From: Eledone cirrhosa
Taxonomy: Eukaryota
Assembly (NCBI GenBank): GCA_964016885.1
Contig: OZ024741.1
Location: 290,718,001-290,782,000 of the forward strand
Direction: 5' to 3'
Length of the DNA: 64,000 bases
Part shown: positions 13,954-29,549 of the stretch, in pieces
Layout of the letters: every line of letters starts with the position of its first letter
How positions within the stretch are numbered: the stretch's first letter is position 1
Notes under the pieces: generated by a model
Database searches by the model: none
Told to the model about the DNA's origin: nothing
The model's input: only the letters and a program-made list of their open reading frames with translations
Translations under genes and position numbers: made by a program

Positions 13954-14671
13954 CATATATATGTGTATGTGTATATATATATATGTGTGTGTGTGTGAGT
14001 GATTCTGGTAGTAGGTGTGTTTCATAACCCCCTGATATTTATTTTCTTTAGTACTATACATTTTTTATGTTCTTTAATACGGGTGGACATCCATCATGAT
14101 GGGTATTTGTATTTAAGATTTTATAGGTGTGTACGCACGTATCTTTCCCGATACGTTTGTCTTCTAATGAGAAGAGGTGGACACATAGACATATGAATGT
14201 TAGCGCATAATAGAGAGATGGGGCAATGAGAGAGAGAAAATGTGTGATTTCGCATGTGTGTGAATATATATATTAACATGTACATGTATGTATGTTATAT
14301 ATATATACACACAGATCGCTGTGTCGTTAAGAAATACGTTACGCGAGAAATTGTTTCTGGATTCAGTCATATTGAGCTGAGAGATTTCTGGCAAATTTCT
14401 TCTACCATAGCCTCGAGTTCACCAATGCTTTGTTTTTTAAAGCAAGAAAGAATGAAAGGTTCATGAAACGTGGGTGCGTGGGGTTGAACATCAGCAAGAA
14501 AACTTTGTATGTATGTATGTTTGTATATACTTACGTACTTATGTACACACACAGTTTTACTATTCCCTTGTAGAAGCTATTAAACTTTACGCCGTTAGGT
14601 GGTATGGCATTATAGAAAGTCCCCGATAATATATTCTCTAGTCGACAGGTCATGAACAGAATGTCTTACAG

Positions 14672-14941
<270 letters not shown>

Positions 14942-17114
14942 GTTTGTACGTATGTATGTATAATTATTTGCTCACATACATATACATGTATATTTCTCAT
15001 CACAATCACACACATATATGTGCGTGTGTGTGCGTGCGTATGTATGTTTATTTAGGTAACGTCCAAATGCTCATAAATACCGTTGCTGCATACCATTTCA
15101 TGTCCTTAAACGGGTGAAGTATGAAATATTTCCTTCATTCCCGTATAACCGTAACCTAATATATAATAAACGTTTACTATAACACAAAAATATATTGAAA
15201 GGCTGGCGTTTATCTCCGATTTCAGGTGCTATAAAACAACGTTGACTCAACGTGAAGTTAATTCTGGAGGAGTGGGTTTAACAGTAAACCCTATAAAAGG
15301 ATGTTCCTGTTTCTAATTGAAATGCGGCATTGTAAAGAATATCACTATAGATTCATGCAAGTCCCTCCACATGAACTTCATCCCTCGAACGACCGGAGGT
15401 ATATTCTTCATGGTCACCTAACCTTCGAGAAATCAACAAGAATAACAACACAAACAAAACCAATGACAAATAATAAGAACACCACGCCATTTTCAGTAAA
15501 GTGTGGTACAAGTTTGTCTTTAATATTTCGAATATATATTTTAAAGTTCATATCAGATGAAGGTCTTTCAAATATAAATTTCTAAATTCCTTAAACGTTA
15601 TTAGGACAATTCTGAGTTCAATCTTGCTGAAGTCAGTTTTGTTTGTTATCCTTTCGGATTTGATAAATAAAATCCAAATCAGTAGAAGGGCAGAATTGTT
15701 AGAGCTTTGAATGGAATGCCTTTCACTATCTGTTTAGTCTATGTGTGTACTGAGTCCAAATCTCAACTTGAATCACCAAACAAATGATAAGTTAGGAACG
15801 GTACCTATATCATTAACCTTGTTGATACAAAACCACCTTCAGTTTTACGATACGAAGCTGTTTACGTTAATAAAGACTTGTATGAACATATTCATTAAAC
15901 TTGTATGAACATATTTGTTACGTTATGCCCCAAACATCAGCTTACAAATAATATATTTATTTATATTACTAAATCCCTACAAATGCATGATGATTTTCAA
16001 CATTATTTGAAGACTAACACAGTTAGGTGTATTTAAATTATAGCAATGAAAGTATTAAAGCAACCACGAAACTTCCAATGAATTGCAGCCTCATGGGAAG
16101 CCGGCGGAACCTGTGCAGGCATAAAACTTAGAAACAACATTTGCTTAGATCAATCTTAGCTTCAGACTTGTCAAGAATTTGACATCTTCAGATCACGGAT
16201 TATAGTTTTTCTGTGGGCCCAGTTATCATTTCTAGAGTTCTATTGGTACGGTGTTTTACTTTGTTTTATCTTTCATAAGTTAGTAAATTTCATTGCTAGC
16301 CCCAAAACTGGGGCGGTGGATAGTATATTCCACCATTTCTCGCAAAATCGTAGCCTTTAACCAATGTTAGAAATCATTAATATTGTTAATATCAATGTAT
16401 GGATGTCAATTTTCTGATACGGGTACAATGAATATAGTTGTTGATGCCATTGTAATTTTCGTTGTTGTCGGAGTTGGTTTGTCGTTTTTTTTAATTATTG
16501 CTGTTCTTATTGTTGCTGTAACAATTTCAAAGCGATCATAACACCGGACATTTGCTTCACCAGACACCACATTAAATAATAAAATCAGACAGGAAAAAGA
16601 GACAATACAAAACAAATTCCATATCATATATCTTATAAAAAAAATGGCCGCCATAAAACTAGTGCTTAGTTCCATATTCCGTTCCCAGGGGTTTTGTATT
16701 TTCATGAGAATTTGTAATCCTATTGTGATAGAATACTATAAAACATGCCTTTCATGCATTTCCTATTTATTCTATTCTATTTGCTGTCTTTTTATCTTAT
16801 TATTATTACATTTTTTTGCCATTTTGAGCTTATATTTTATATCATATTATTTATTCATTTATTTATATTTCTCATTCGTCCCCATTCTTCTCTATACCAG
16901 GAGCAAAAGAATAAAATGCATCCTTTCTCCAACAATTCAATGTTTAAAGAAACAAGAGTTAATAGAAAATATTAATCTAACAGTTTTCCATAACATATCT
17001 GAAAGTTTATTATATTTTATATGTAACAAAGTATACAAAAGGATATTTACTATACACAAACTTCCTGTCTTATGCGTATTTTCTTTCATTAAGATTATTA
17101 TTGTTATTAATCGA

Positions 17115-17330
17115 TTATCAGAGTCGTTAGAGCATCGGGCAACATGTTTTGCGGCATACGGTTTCGTCCCTTTACGTTTTGGGTTTAAATCCTGCCGACA
17201 TAAGCTTTGCCTTTCCTCCTTACAGGATCGATAAAGTAAAGTACAAGTAATGCACTAGGGTCGATAAATTCAACTTTCTCCTTCCCCAAATTATAGGCGC
17301 TGTGTCTAATACAGAAGTCATTATTGTATT
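17115..17330 (+). mobile_element. tRNA-derived SINE, family A, diverged
   Basis: gcctttcctccttacaggatcgataaagtaaagtac central block. Confidence 0.65.
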
Positions 17331-17501
17331 GATAGAGCGCCGGACAACATGTTTTGCGGCATAGAGTTACGGTTCTTTATGTTCTGAGTTCAAAACGTAT
17401 ATATTTTACAGTACTTCCTTATTGAGCAACTTGAATGTCTTTCGAAAGTTACACACAAATATATATATGTATGTGTGTGTGTTTGTGTATGTGAATATAT
17501 G

Positions 17502-17532
<31 letters not shown>

Positions 17533-17537
17533 TTGTG

Positions 17538-17570
<33 letters not shown>

Positions 17571-17586
17571 GAACAAATATATATAT

Positions 17587-17790
17587 ATAGGAACAAATAA
17601 GACCCCGACGGCTGAGCTCAAGCCGTTTCGACGGTTAATTCTGTACTGTATTGAGTACAGAATTAGCCGTCGAAACGGCTTGAGCTCAGCCGTCGGGGTC
17701 TTACTTGTTCCTATTACCCACTCTACTACCCTAAGTATGGAGTACTTTGGTGCGTTATGGTCCACCTGGTTCCTTACCACATTTCCTTCG

Positions 17791-17792
<2 letters not shown>
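17587..17792 (+). mobile_element. Palindromic element family P1, copy 2
   Basis: Arms 17587-17647 and 17654-17714, tail to 17792, (TA)n flanks. Confidence 0.8.
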
Positions 17793-17884
<92 letters not shown>

Positions 17885-17914
17885 CTATGTATTTATCTAT
17901 CTATCTATTTCTCT

Positions 17915-18170
17915 CTCCCTGTAGGTTGTGGAAAAAGAGGAAGAGAGGAAAGGGGTACAAACCCTTCGTACTGCTGGAGATGAGGGTTGTACATTTTTTC
18001 GGAAGTATGTGTTACCCATATGTAATATCTCCCCCTATTGGGGAAAATCGATTAATTTTTAAATTACATTTGTGATAGCATTTTACACGTTTTTATTGTA
18101 TGTGAACTTCCCCCTTTGTATTTGTCCCCTTCTTTTGTGTCCCTGACGCTAATAAATAAACATATCTATT
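17915..18170 (+). mobile_element. Tx1-like 3' UTR remnant
   Basis: ccctattggggaa motif and aataaa end are shared with the 3' UTRs at 52700 and 56640. Confidence 0.5.
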
Positions 18171-18199
18171 TCTCTCTCTCTCTCTCTCCCACTCTCTCT

Positions 18200-18324
<125 letters not shown>

Positions 18325-18617
18325 TATATACAATAATTGTTTCTACTTTAGGCACAAGGCCAGCAATTACCCAGTGCATTACAGGTACTTTATTCTATCG
18401 ACCCCGTAAGGATGAAAGGCAAAGTCAACCTCGGCGGGATATATACAATAATGAGAGGTATACAGATATATGTGCATACATACATATACATGTATATATA
18501 AACATATTTTTAACAAGTATGTGAGATTGTATGTTGTCGACCTTAACCATTGTTGCTTCATGATTACGAGAGACAAGATAATCGAAATAATTAAATTGAC
18601 ACAATATCAGAGCTATG

Positions 18618-18905
18618 TAAAATATTATAAAATAAGAAGGAATAATAGACACAATATACCTATTTTTTTGTATCACGGTGTATCACGTGATAGAGTCTCC
18701 CTCCGCCTTTTTGAGATTTTCTCGCTTGCTACGGACGTATGTAGTTAGGGCTCTTCCCTGAGGTGGTCCCTTGATAAGCTGGCTTACCTCACAACAATGT
18801 TACATATCTATGATATAACATTTTGGCATAGTGACTAGCGAAACTGTACAGTCGGGACGAAGAAAAAATAGGTATATTGTGTCTATTATTCCTTCTTATT
18901 TTATA

Positions 18906-18913
<8 letters not shown>
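18618..18913 (+). mobile_element. Small element with ~50-bp terminal inverted repeat enclosing a degenerate type I hammerhead
   Basis: IR 18618-18668 and 18863-18913; gtccc-TTGATAA-GCTGG..CTAGC-GAAAC-TGTACA-GTC-gggac at 18766-18858; ends in (TA)n. Confidence 0.65.
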
Positions 18914-18937
<24 letters not shown>

Positions 18938-19287
18938 CGATTACAAAGCGTATTATTAAGTTAAGGAAAAAATAAAGCTTTCAGCATGGCGGACGTTAGA
19001 CCTTCATCGGCAAAGAGAATATAATTGTTTCTACTTTTGGCACAAGGCCAGCAATTACCCAGTACATTACTGGTACTTTATTTTATCGACCCCGTAAGGA
19101 TGAAAGGCAAAATTAACATTGACCAAAGAGAATATAATGAAGTTAAGATATAGAAGTTTCAAGAGAAAAATAAGGGGATTATATAAGTTGATATATGAGC
19201 TGATCGATTCCGAAACGCACATCACACGTGAATAAACGTAATGATGCTATTTTGATGCTTCGTTCCTACTCATTATTTTTATTGCTT

Positions 19288-19495
19288 TGGTGCATTGGCA
19301 GTATAGGTAGAACCTCATACACCATGCTTTGCAGCATAGAGTTATGGCGCTTTATGTTCTGAGTTCAAATCTCGCAGAGGTTAGCTTTGTCATTCATCCT
19401 TACGGGGTCGATAAAATGAAGCAACAGTAATACACTGGGTTTGATTTAATCGACTTTCCTCTACCCTTCAAAATGTCTAAAGTAGAAACAACTAT
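19288..19495 (+). mobile_element. tRNA-derived SINE, family A (long variant)
   Basis: Aligns to 9625-9842. Confidence 0.85.
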
Positions 19496-19716
19496 TTTAG
19501 TTTTAACGCCTATGTGCATGCATTTATATGAGGTACTTGTAAAAAATGCATTTGTATCTCTCATGTCACTACCACCTGATTTTCTAACCAGAAAATTTAC
19601 CCATCTGCATTGTTGAGGCTTTCAAAACGGCTATTTATATACATTAGCTCTGTTCTATACATAGAGCACTCTTTTTTCCTTTGCTTTTCTTTTGGAATTA
19701 CATAGCATATATACAC

Positions 19717-19747
<31 letters not shown>

Positions 19748-19878
19748 CATATATATATATAGTAATAATAATAAATTTGAAGACTAAAATCCGAAAAGGG
19801 CTCCATAAGGATAATAGCTGTCGAAACGGCCGCAGCTCAGCCATCGGGGTCCTGACTCTTTTCATATTACCCACTCTA

Positions 19879-19936
<58 letters not shown>

Positions 19937-20285
19937 TGTGTGTGCGTGCGTGTGTGTGTATGTGTGTGTGCGTGTGTGTGTGCGTGTGTGTGGGTATGCG
20001 CGCGTGAGTGTGTGTATGTGTGTGTGGGTGTGTGTGTGTGTGCGTGTGTGTGTGTGGGTATGTGCGCGTCAGTATGTGTATGTGTGTGTGGGTATGCGCG
20101 CGTCAGTGTTTGGGTGTGTGTGTGTGGGTATGCGCACGTGAGTGTGTGTATGGGTGTGTGTGTGTGTGTGTGTGTGTGGATGTGTGAGTGTATCGAATTG
20201 TACGTTTTCTATCCAATAACATCATCGTCAACAACCATTGCTTTTCAAGGTTTACGATTAAATGAGAAGAACGGGTGAATAAAGT

Positions 20286-22392
20286 CAACAGCCACCAAAG
20301 CAGCTTACCCGTGAGGGGCCTCAACAGCCACCAAAACAGCTCACCCGTGAGGGGCCTCAACAGCTACCAAAACAGCTCACCCGTGAGGAGCCTCAACAGC
20401 CACCAAAACAGCTCACCCGTGAGAGGGCCTCAACAGCCACCAAAACAGCTCACCCGTGAGAGGGCCTCAACAGCCACCAAAGCAGCTCACCCGTGAGAGG
20501 GCCTCAACAGCGACCAAAGCAGCTCACCCGTGAGGGGGCCTCAACAGCCACCAAAACAGCTCACCCGTGAGAGGGCCTCAACAGCCACCAAAGCAGCTCA
20601 CCCGTGAGAGGGCCTCAACAGCCACCAAAGCAGCTCACCCGTGAGGGGGCCTCAACAGCCACGAAAACAGCTCACCCGTGAGAGGGCCTCAACAGCCACC
20701 AAAACAGCTCACCCGTGAGAGGGCCTCAACAGCCACCAAAACAGCTCACCCGTGAGAGGGCCTCAACAGCCACCAAAGCAGCTCACCCGTGAGAGGGCCT
20801 CAACAGCCACCAAAACAGCTCACCCGTGAGAGGGCCTCAACAGCCACCAAAACAGCTCACCCGTGAGAGGGCCTCAACAGCCACCAAAGCAGCTCACCCG
20901 TGAGAGGGCCTCAACAGCCACCAAAGCAGCTCACCCGTGAGGGGGCCTCAACAGCCACGAAAACAGCTCACCCGTGAGAGGGCCTCAACAGCCACCAAAA
21001 CAGCTCACCCGTGAGAGGGCCTCAACAGCCACCAAAGCAGCTCACCCGTGAGAGGGCCTCAACAGCCACCAAAGCAGCTCACCCGTGAGGGGGCCTCAAC
21101 AGCCACCAAAACAGCTCACCCGTTAGAGGGCCTCAACAGCCACCAAAGCAGCTCACCCGTGAGAGGGCCTCAACAGCCACCAAAACAGCTCACCCGTGAG
21201 AGGGCCTCAACAGCCACCAAAGCAGCTCACCCGTGAGAGGGCCTCAACAGCCACCAAAGCAGCTCACCCGTGAGGGGGCCTCAACAGCCACCAAAACAGC
21301 TCACCCGTTAGAGGGCCTCAACAGCCACCAAAGCAGCTCACCCGTGAGAGGGCCTCAACAGCCACCAAAACAGCTCACCCGTGAGAGGGCCTCAACAGCC
21401 ACCAAAGCAGCTCACCCGTGAGAGGGCCTCAACAGCCACCAAAGCAGCTCACCCGTGAGAGGGCCTCAACAGCCACCAAAGCAGCTCACCCGTGAGAGGG
21501 CCTCAACAGCCACCAAAACAGCTCACCCGTGAGAGGGCCTCAACAGCCACCAAAACAGCTCACCCGTGAGAGGGCCTCAACAGCCACCAAAGCAGCTCAC
21601 CCGTGAGAGGGCCTCAACAGCCACCAAAGCAGCTCACCCGTGAGGGGGCCTCAACAGCCACCAAAACAGCTCACCCGTGAGAGGGCCTCAACAGCCACCA
21701 AAACAGCTCACCCGTGAGAGGGCCTCAACAGCCACCAAAACAGCTCACCCGTGAGAGGGCCTCAACAGCCACCAAAACAGCTCACCCGTGAGGGGCCTCA
21801 ACAGCCACCAAAACAGCTCACCCGTGAGAGGGCCTCAACAGCCACCAAAACAGCTCACCCGTGAGAGGGCCTCAACAGCCACCAAAGAAGCTCACCCGTG
21901 AGAGGGCCTCAACAGCCACCAAAACAGCTCACCCGTGAGAGGGCCTCAACAGCCACCAAAGCTGCTTACCCGTGAGGGGCCTCAACAGCCACCAAAGCAG
22001 CTCACCCGTGAGGGGGCCTCAACAGCCACCAAAGCAGCTCACCCGTGAGGGGGCCTCAACAGCCACCAAAGCAGCTCACCCGTGAGAGGGCCTCAACAGC
22101 CACCAAAGCAGCTCACCCGTGAGGGGGCCTCAACAGCCACCAAAGCAGCTCACCCGTGAGGGGGCCTCAACAGCCACCAAAGCAGCTCACCCGTGAGAGG
22201 GCCTCAACAGCCACCAAAGCAGCTCACCCGTGAGAGCGCCTCAACAGCCACCAAAGCAGCTCACCCGTGAGGGGCCTCAACAGCCACCAAAGCAGCTCAC
22301 CCGTGAGAGGGCCTCAACAGCCACCAAAGCAGCTCACCCGTGAGAGGGCCTCAACAGCCACCAAAGCAGCTCACCCGTGAGAGGGCCTCAAC
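20286..22392. repeat. 37-bp minisatellite, about 57 copies
   Basis: Unit GGGCCTCAACAGCCACCAAA(A/G)CAGCTCACCCGTGAG(A/G), highly homogeneous. Confidence 0.97.
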
Positions 22393-22474
22393 GTCTCCTA
22401 TATAGGAGAGGATAGAGAAGATATGGTGAGCTACATAAACACACATCACTTGCGCCTCTTGGTTGGTTGACTGA

Positions 22475-23375
22475 ATGGGTGGCTGGGTGGCTGGGTGGCT
22501 GGGTGGCTGGGTGGCTGGGTGGCTGGGTGGTTGGTGGCTGGGTAAATGGGTGGCTGGGTGACTGGGTAGCTGGGTAGCTGGTGGACTGGGTGGCTGGGTG
22601 GCTGGGAGACTCGCTGGCTGGGTTGCTGGGTAGCTGGGTGGCTGGGGGACTAGGTGGCTGGGTGGATGGGTGGCTGGTGGCTGGGTGACTGGGTGGCTGG
22701 ATGGCTGGGTATTTGGGTAGCTGGTGGACTGGGTGACTGGGTAGCTGGGGGACTGGGTGGATGTGTAGGTGGGTAGCTGGGTAGCTGTGACTGGGTGGCT
22801 GGGTGGCTGGGTATGTGGGTAGGTGGGTAGCTGTGGGACTGGGTGACTGGGTGGCTGGGTGGCTGGGTAGCTGGGGGACTGGGGGGGATTGGTAGGTGGG
22901 TAGCTGGGTAGCTGTTGGACTGGGTGGCTGGGTGGCTGGGTGGCTGTGTGGATGGGTGGCTGGGTTGCTGGGTAGCTGGGTGGCTGGGGGACTGGGTAGC
23001 TGGGTTGCTGGGTAGCTGGGTGGCTGGGTGGCTGGTGGCTGGGTGACTGGGTGGCTGGGCGGCTGAGTAGCTGGGTAGCTGGTGGACTGGGTGACTGGGT
23101 GGCTGGGTATGTGGGTAGGTGGGTAGCTGTGGGACTGCGTGACTGGGTGGCTGGGTGGCTAGGTAGCTGGGTGGCTGGTTAGCTGGGTAGCTGGTGGACT
23201 GGGTGGCTGGTAGTTGGGTGCTTGGGTGACTGGGTAGGTGGGGGAATGTGTGACTGGGTAGTTGGGTTCCTGGGTGGATGGGAGCCGGGTAGCTGGCGGA
23301 CTGGGTGGCTGCGTGGCTGGGTGGCTTGGAGGTTGGGAGGCTGTGTGGCTGGCAGGTTGGATGGCTGGGTTGATG
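22475..23375. repeat. Degenerate G-rich octamer array (GGGTGGCT/GGGTAGCT)n
   Basis: Directly visible; dense GGG runs. Confidence 0.95.
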
Positions 23376-23714
23376 GTTGGAAGGGTAGAAGCTTTAATAT
23401 CAATATTGATTCGATATCATTTTATCACATCTACCCGTAAGATAGATAACAGGAAATGCTACGTAGTGAAATATAAAAGAAAAAAAGGAAAGAAATATAT
23501 ATTATATGAAATATAAGTTGCTGTCACGATTCCAAAGAAAGTTTCATTGTTTCACACACACACACACACACATATACACTCACCTAAACATACACATATA
23601 CGTGTGAGCGCACGAACACACACCCATACAGTTTTTTTTTTTTTTTTTTACACATGTGTGCGCATGAATTTATGAATGGGCTCAAAGACTTGACTGAAAT
23701 CACGCACACACACA

Positions 23715-23869
<155 letters not shown>

Positions 23870-23920
23870 ATATATATATATATATGTATGTATATATATA
23901 TATGTATGTATATATATGTA

Positions 23921-23991
<71 letters not shown>

Positions 23992-24076
23992 ATATATATC
24001 TATATATATATATATATATATGTGTATATATATGTATATATACGTATATATATATGTATATATATGTATATATATG

Positions 24077-24152
<76 letters not shown>

Positions 24153-24290
24153 TATGTGAGTGTATCAATACTCCATCGGAATGTAGGCATTTTGTTGAGA
24201 GTTACTTATTTCCGTAAGTAAATAGGATGGTTGAATGGTTGGTTGGTAGGTAGGTGGATGAATAAGTAACTTTATCGGTAAGTGTGTGTA

Positions 24291-24347
<57 letters not shown>

Positions 24348-26014
24348 GTTTTATATGTATAACCATCCACACATATACATACCTACACACATACAAAAAC
24401 ACACGCACACACACACACACACACACTCATACATACACACACACTCACGTAAGTATATATAATATGTAAATGACTTCTCTAGGACTAGTCATTTTTTAAA
24501 TTCCAATAAGAGAACCCGATGAATATAAGCATATATGAACTTACATATACATTTGAATGTATATGGGGCATAACCTTTCCAAATTCTTTTTTTAATACCA
24601 TTAAATGTTCAATGATCTCTGTCAAATGTCGACACAATACGCACACACATACGTACAAACATACGTACACACATACGCCCGCATGCGTTTGTGGAGGGTA
24701 TATTTCATTGGAGCCCTGGGGAATATGTTAACAATTATGTCGAAATCCTTCTCGAACAATGGTTATCTATATCATCCATGTGTATAACTTGGTTTATGGC
24801 CTGCAAATTATCAGATGTTAAACAGCAATATCTGAACCCTAATTTTTACCTTCATCGTCCTACATCTCAGACAATATTTATTGGTCGGAAATCTAACGTT
24901 GGACGAGTCATAAAAGATAGACAAGGGACTGTTTATAGAGTAGAATTTATACTCAATCAAGAAACATTTACTTTTAGTCGATGGCAATGGAAATATCAGC
25001 CATAATATGGGAGGTGAAATACCAGAAAGCGTGTAGTTTAGTGGTTCGGGTGTTGGGTTCACGTTTGTAACGTCATTAGCTTGATACTTTAACCTTGCAG
25101 CACTCTCTATCCTTATCTAAGGTATTTTATTGTCTATTCAGCTGGCAAACATGAATTGCGACGTCAGTGGTGCCTAGTGATATCGTCTTTTGTGTTTCAC
25201 TTAGACCAGAACGGTGGCGTGTCGGAGTAACAGTGGCATGTGTGGGCAAATACTGGTCTTGTACTAAACACCATGTTTAGGCTTGTATTTCGCAGGATCA
25301 GTCAATCAGTTATTCATAAGGCATGGCCAGTTATAAACGACAGAGGCTCTTTTCTTTTATTTGTATCCCCCTTATAATAATTCAATCAGGCAACTAATCT
25401 TTCTTACTCTCTTAATATCCATCTATATTTAAAACATAATTTTATTGAAATTACATTTGATAATTATGCCGCTAATTGTTCATTAGACGTAGGAAGAATC
25501 AATACCAGTAGTTCCAATTATGTCAGCATCCTCCCACCTTGTAATAGATTAGAAGTTCATTGGAAAATATTGAAATCGTAACGGTGCCATATGAAGATGA
25601 ATTTCTCGTGGAAATCGTTAAAGTAAAAGGATAGATCTCAGTTTGTTGGCAATTAGCAGATCTCCTCACAAAAGGCATCAAATTAAATGAAATTACCAGC
25701 AGCTGGAACAATACCATCCCTCCTAACATTTTTATACATCAAAAGTAGTATTACAAATCTTAAAACTATGAAGTAAGAACCTCCTGTCTAAATTCTACAA
25801 ATACAGTTCATCTTTATTGAAAATCAATGATAAACATATTCATAGTAAGAACGATAAAATGTTAGATAACAGAAATAAAAGAAAGGGTGAAGTAGAGCCA
25901 GACACAACATCCCTGATTAGGTGGGGTAACTCACTTGTGCTTAACGGAGTAGATGGCAAAAGCATTGTCACAAAGAACGGTCAGCGACTTTTGCATATCT
26001 TCATTAAGTGGGAT

Positions 26015-26195
26015 ACTCTTCTCCTCCTTCGCCCATATTCCTGAGAGGGTCTCATAGGGACAGACTCCCCAAACACTCTTTCCGGCGGGTCATATCAGAA
26101 GCAAGCGTCTCCAAATAATCCGGCTGGATCCCCATGCGAGACCAGCCGAGCACATTGATGTTCTCCAGCCATCTTGCACAGACGAGGTCACAGTC
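26015..26195 (-). mobile_element. Probable RTE-type LINE 3' end fragment
   Basis: Minus strand ARWLENINVLGWSRMG...LETLASD resembles the post-RT C-terminus of RTE-group LINEs. Confidence 0.45.
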
Positions 26196-26343
26196 TATTG
26201 ACAGTTTTCTGTAAAAGAGTTATATAATACACATTCATGTATACCAAACACACGTACACATGCAAATACATGTGTGTATGTGTGTGGGGGTATGCGTGTG
26301 TATCTGTGTGCGTGCGTGTGTGTATGTGTCTGTTTGCGTGTGT

Positions 26344-26381
<38 letters not shown>

Positions 26382-26852
26382 ATTTGTGTGTGTGCGTGTG
26401 TTTGTGTCAGTGTCTGTGTTTGTGTGTGTGTGTGTATTTGAAAAGCCAACATTTACCTTGCATTTCCGGTGAATTACTGCAGACAATCGCACAGAAACTC
26501 TCTCTCTTCCCCCCCACCCCCTTGCTCTCTCACACACACACAGAATAGAGGGTGCGCACACAAATATGCACACACTCATATATATATATATATATGCATA
26601 TGAATGGGTTCTGTATGAATATGTATGTCTCCATGTGTGTATGTATATGTGTGTGTTTTATAGAAGTGTCTTTAGTTGGTAGCTAACATATTTTATATTG
26701 TTGATCTTTGAATATAACATAACTTCCTCTGTATACGTTTCAATAATGACAGCTTACTCTCACAACCACCACATATTACGCCACAAACAAAATTCTATAT
26801 ACGGTCATAAGCATACACTTATCAAATACACACAAATCCACATATACGTGCA

Positions 26853-26908
<56 letters not shown>

Positions 26909-27170
26909 TTACACATAAACACCCACGCATGGTGCCATATTAAGGGATATACATTCATTCAAGGACAATGCTCTTTCTCTCGTCTACACACACTCACACT
27001 TATACACCATAAACACTCACAATATACACATTCACATCCATAGACACACACACACATACTCTCACAAAGTTAAACATACAGAAACACAGGGTCATGCAGA
27101 CATATTTCCCCATGTTTACGAATGCAAGCACACGTGCAATTGCGTACGGTGATTGCTTAGTATGCGATAC

Positions 27171-27212
<42 letters not shown>

Positions 27213-27342
27213 CGTGTGTGTGTGTGTGTGCGTGTGTGTGTGTGTGTCGGTGCAACCTTACAGTTGTGCATACCTGTAGTTATGAACAGATATACGATTT
27301 AAAAAAGGAAATCTATACACACACGCTCGCGTGCGCGCGTAC

Positions 27343-27444
<102 letters not shown>

Positions 27445-28011
27445 GCAGTAAGAAACACAGTAAACCGTGTGTCTAATATTACAAGGGTTGAAAAACCACA
27501 TTTGTTTGAAATATTTAACCAAGAAGCAGACAGAATGATAAAATAAAAATATATTATTATACAAACCGCCTCAATAACCATTTTATCTCTCGGACAGATT
27601 ATCCCTAATCTGTTTCGTCCTGAGTGTGTTTGTAACAGATAATCCTTAGGCATCATCAGCGAGAGAATCTGATTAAATGTAACAAACACTATGTACCAAC
27701 GTTCACACAGAAAGATGAAATGTATCACCTCGTGCGCCGCTAGTCAAACGTGGTAAGCGTGTATTGAATAGAAACAACAGTCCAACACACACAACTTAAT
27801 AAGCTCGACTTGTGAGGTATGTATTCGTACGAATAACCATTTTATGATAATTGTTCGATAGGAATTGGATATCTGTGCCCTTCCTGTTGATGTTCTATGT
27901 GAAACATTTGCTGTCCCATAAAAGCATAAAGGGCTCAAACATTATCCACCTTAAATTATAATATATCATTACTCACTAAATGACTATATATTTATATATA
28001 TTTATATATAT

Positions 28012-28087
28012 ACTGTTGGAGACGCAGGACATGGCAGCGATAATGAGAGAACTCGTCCATGGATCTCGGGAATTTTACCCGCCTTAG

Positions 28088-28088
<1 letters not shown>
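28012..28088 (+). mobile_element. RTE-X-like LINE extreme 3' end in (TA)n
   Basis: Reverse complement of 31733-31830 with an internal deletion. Confidence 0.75.
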
Positions 28089-28165
<77 letters not shown>

Positions 28166-28185
28166 CGTTCGTGAGTGAATAATAA

Positions 28186-28380
28186 TGATTGTTTGTACTT
28201 ATGGCGCACAAGGCCAGCAATTACCCCAGTGCATTACTGGTGCTTTATTTTATCGACCCCGTAAGGATTAAAGGCAAAGCTAACCTCTCCGGGATTTGAA
28301 CTCAGAACGTAAAGGATCATAACTCTATGCTGCAAAGCGTGGTGTCTGATGATCTACCGATACTACTAATTCAATACCCT
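28186..28380 (-). mobile_element. tRNA-derived SINE, family A
   Basis: Aligns to 3612-3810. Confidence 0.9.
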
Positions 28381-28572
28381 TTGAGTGAATAATGATAGTA
28401 TTATAAAAACGTTGTTAATATTCCATTTGCTTGCAAGCAAACAGCCTCATAACACCATATCTGTACTAGTCGACTAATGTCAACGTTTTGTTCTTGTGGT
28501 GGCAGAGAGAAAAAGAAAAAGAATCTACAATTTATTTCGAGTATTAGAGCTGAAACAAATTTTGTTTATATC

Positions 28573-28626
<54 letters not shown>

Positions 28627-28658
28627 TTTGTATATATATATATATACATATTTATATA

Positions 28659-29368
<710 letters not shown>

Positions 29369-29549
29369 TATATCTGAATAAATTTAGTCCTTCATCAGTG
29401 ATCTTCTAACCTTCATTGGTATTTCATGGCTTTAAAGACCATATACCTCCGGTTGGTGCGAGCAACGGCTAAAGAAAGTCGTTGGGACACGATAATAGGG
29501 AGAACGAGCGAGACAGTAAACAATCAAAGATGGCAATGCAACGAAAAGT

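Noticed and set aside
16406-17234. Hydrophobic ORFs (99 aa minus, 196 aa plus), one with a signal-peptide-like start MIWNLFCIVSFSCLILLFNVVSG
   Set aside because: T-rich sequence yields hydrophobic translations by chance; no homology or convincing splice support.
20286-22392. 37-bp repeat as a CRISPR array or repetitive protein (RGPQQPPKQLT)
   Set aside because: No unique spacers, the unit is not a multiple of 3 and contains TGA so the frames close; eukaryotic context.
22670-23210. GCTGGTGG (Chi-like) octamers
   Set aside because: By-product of the GGGTGGCT array; RecBCD Chi has no meaning in this context.
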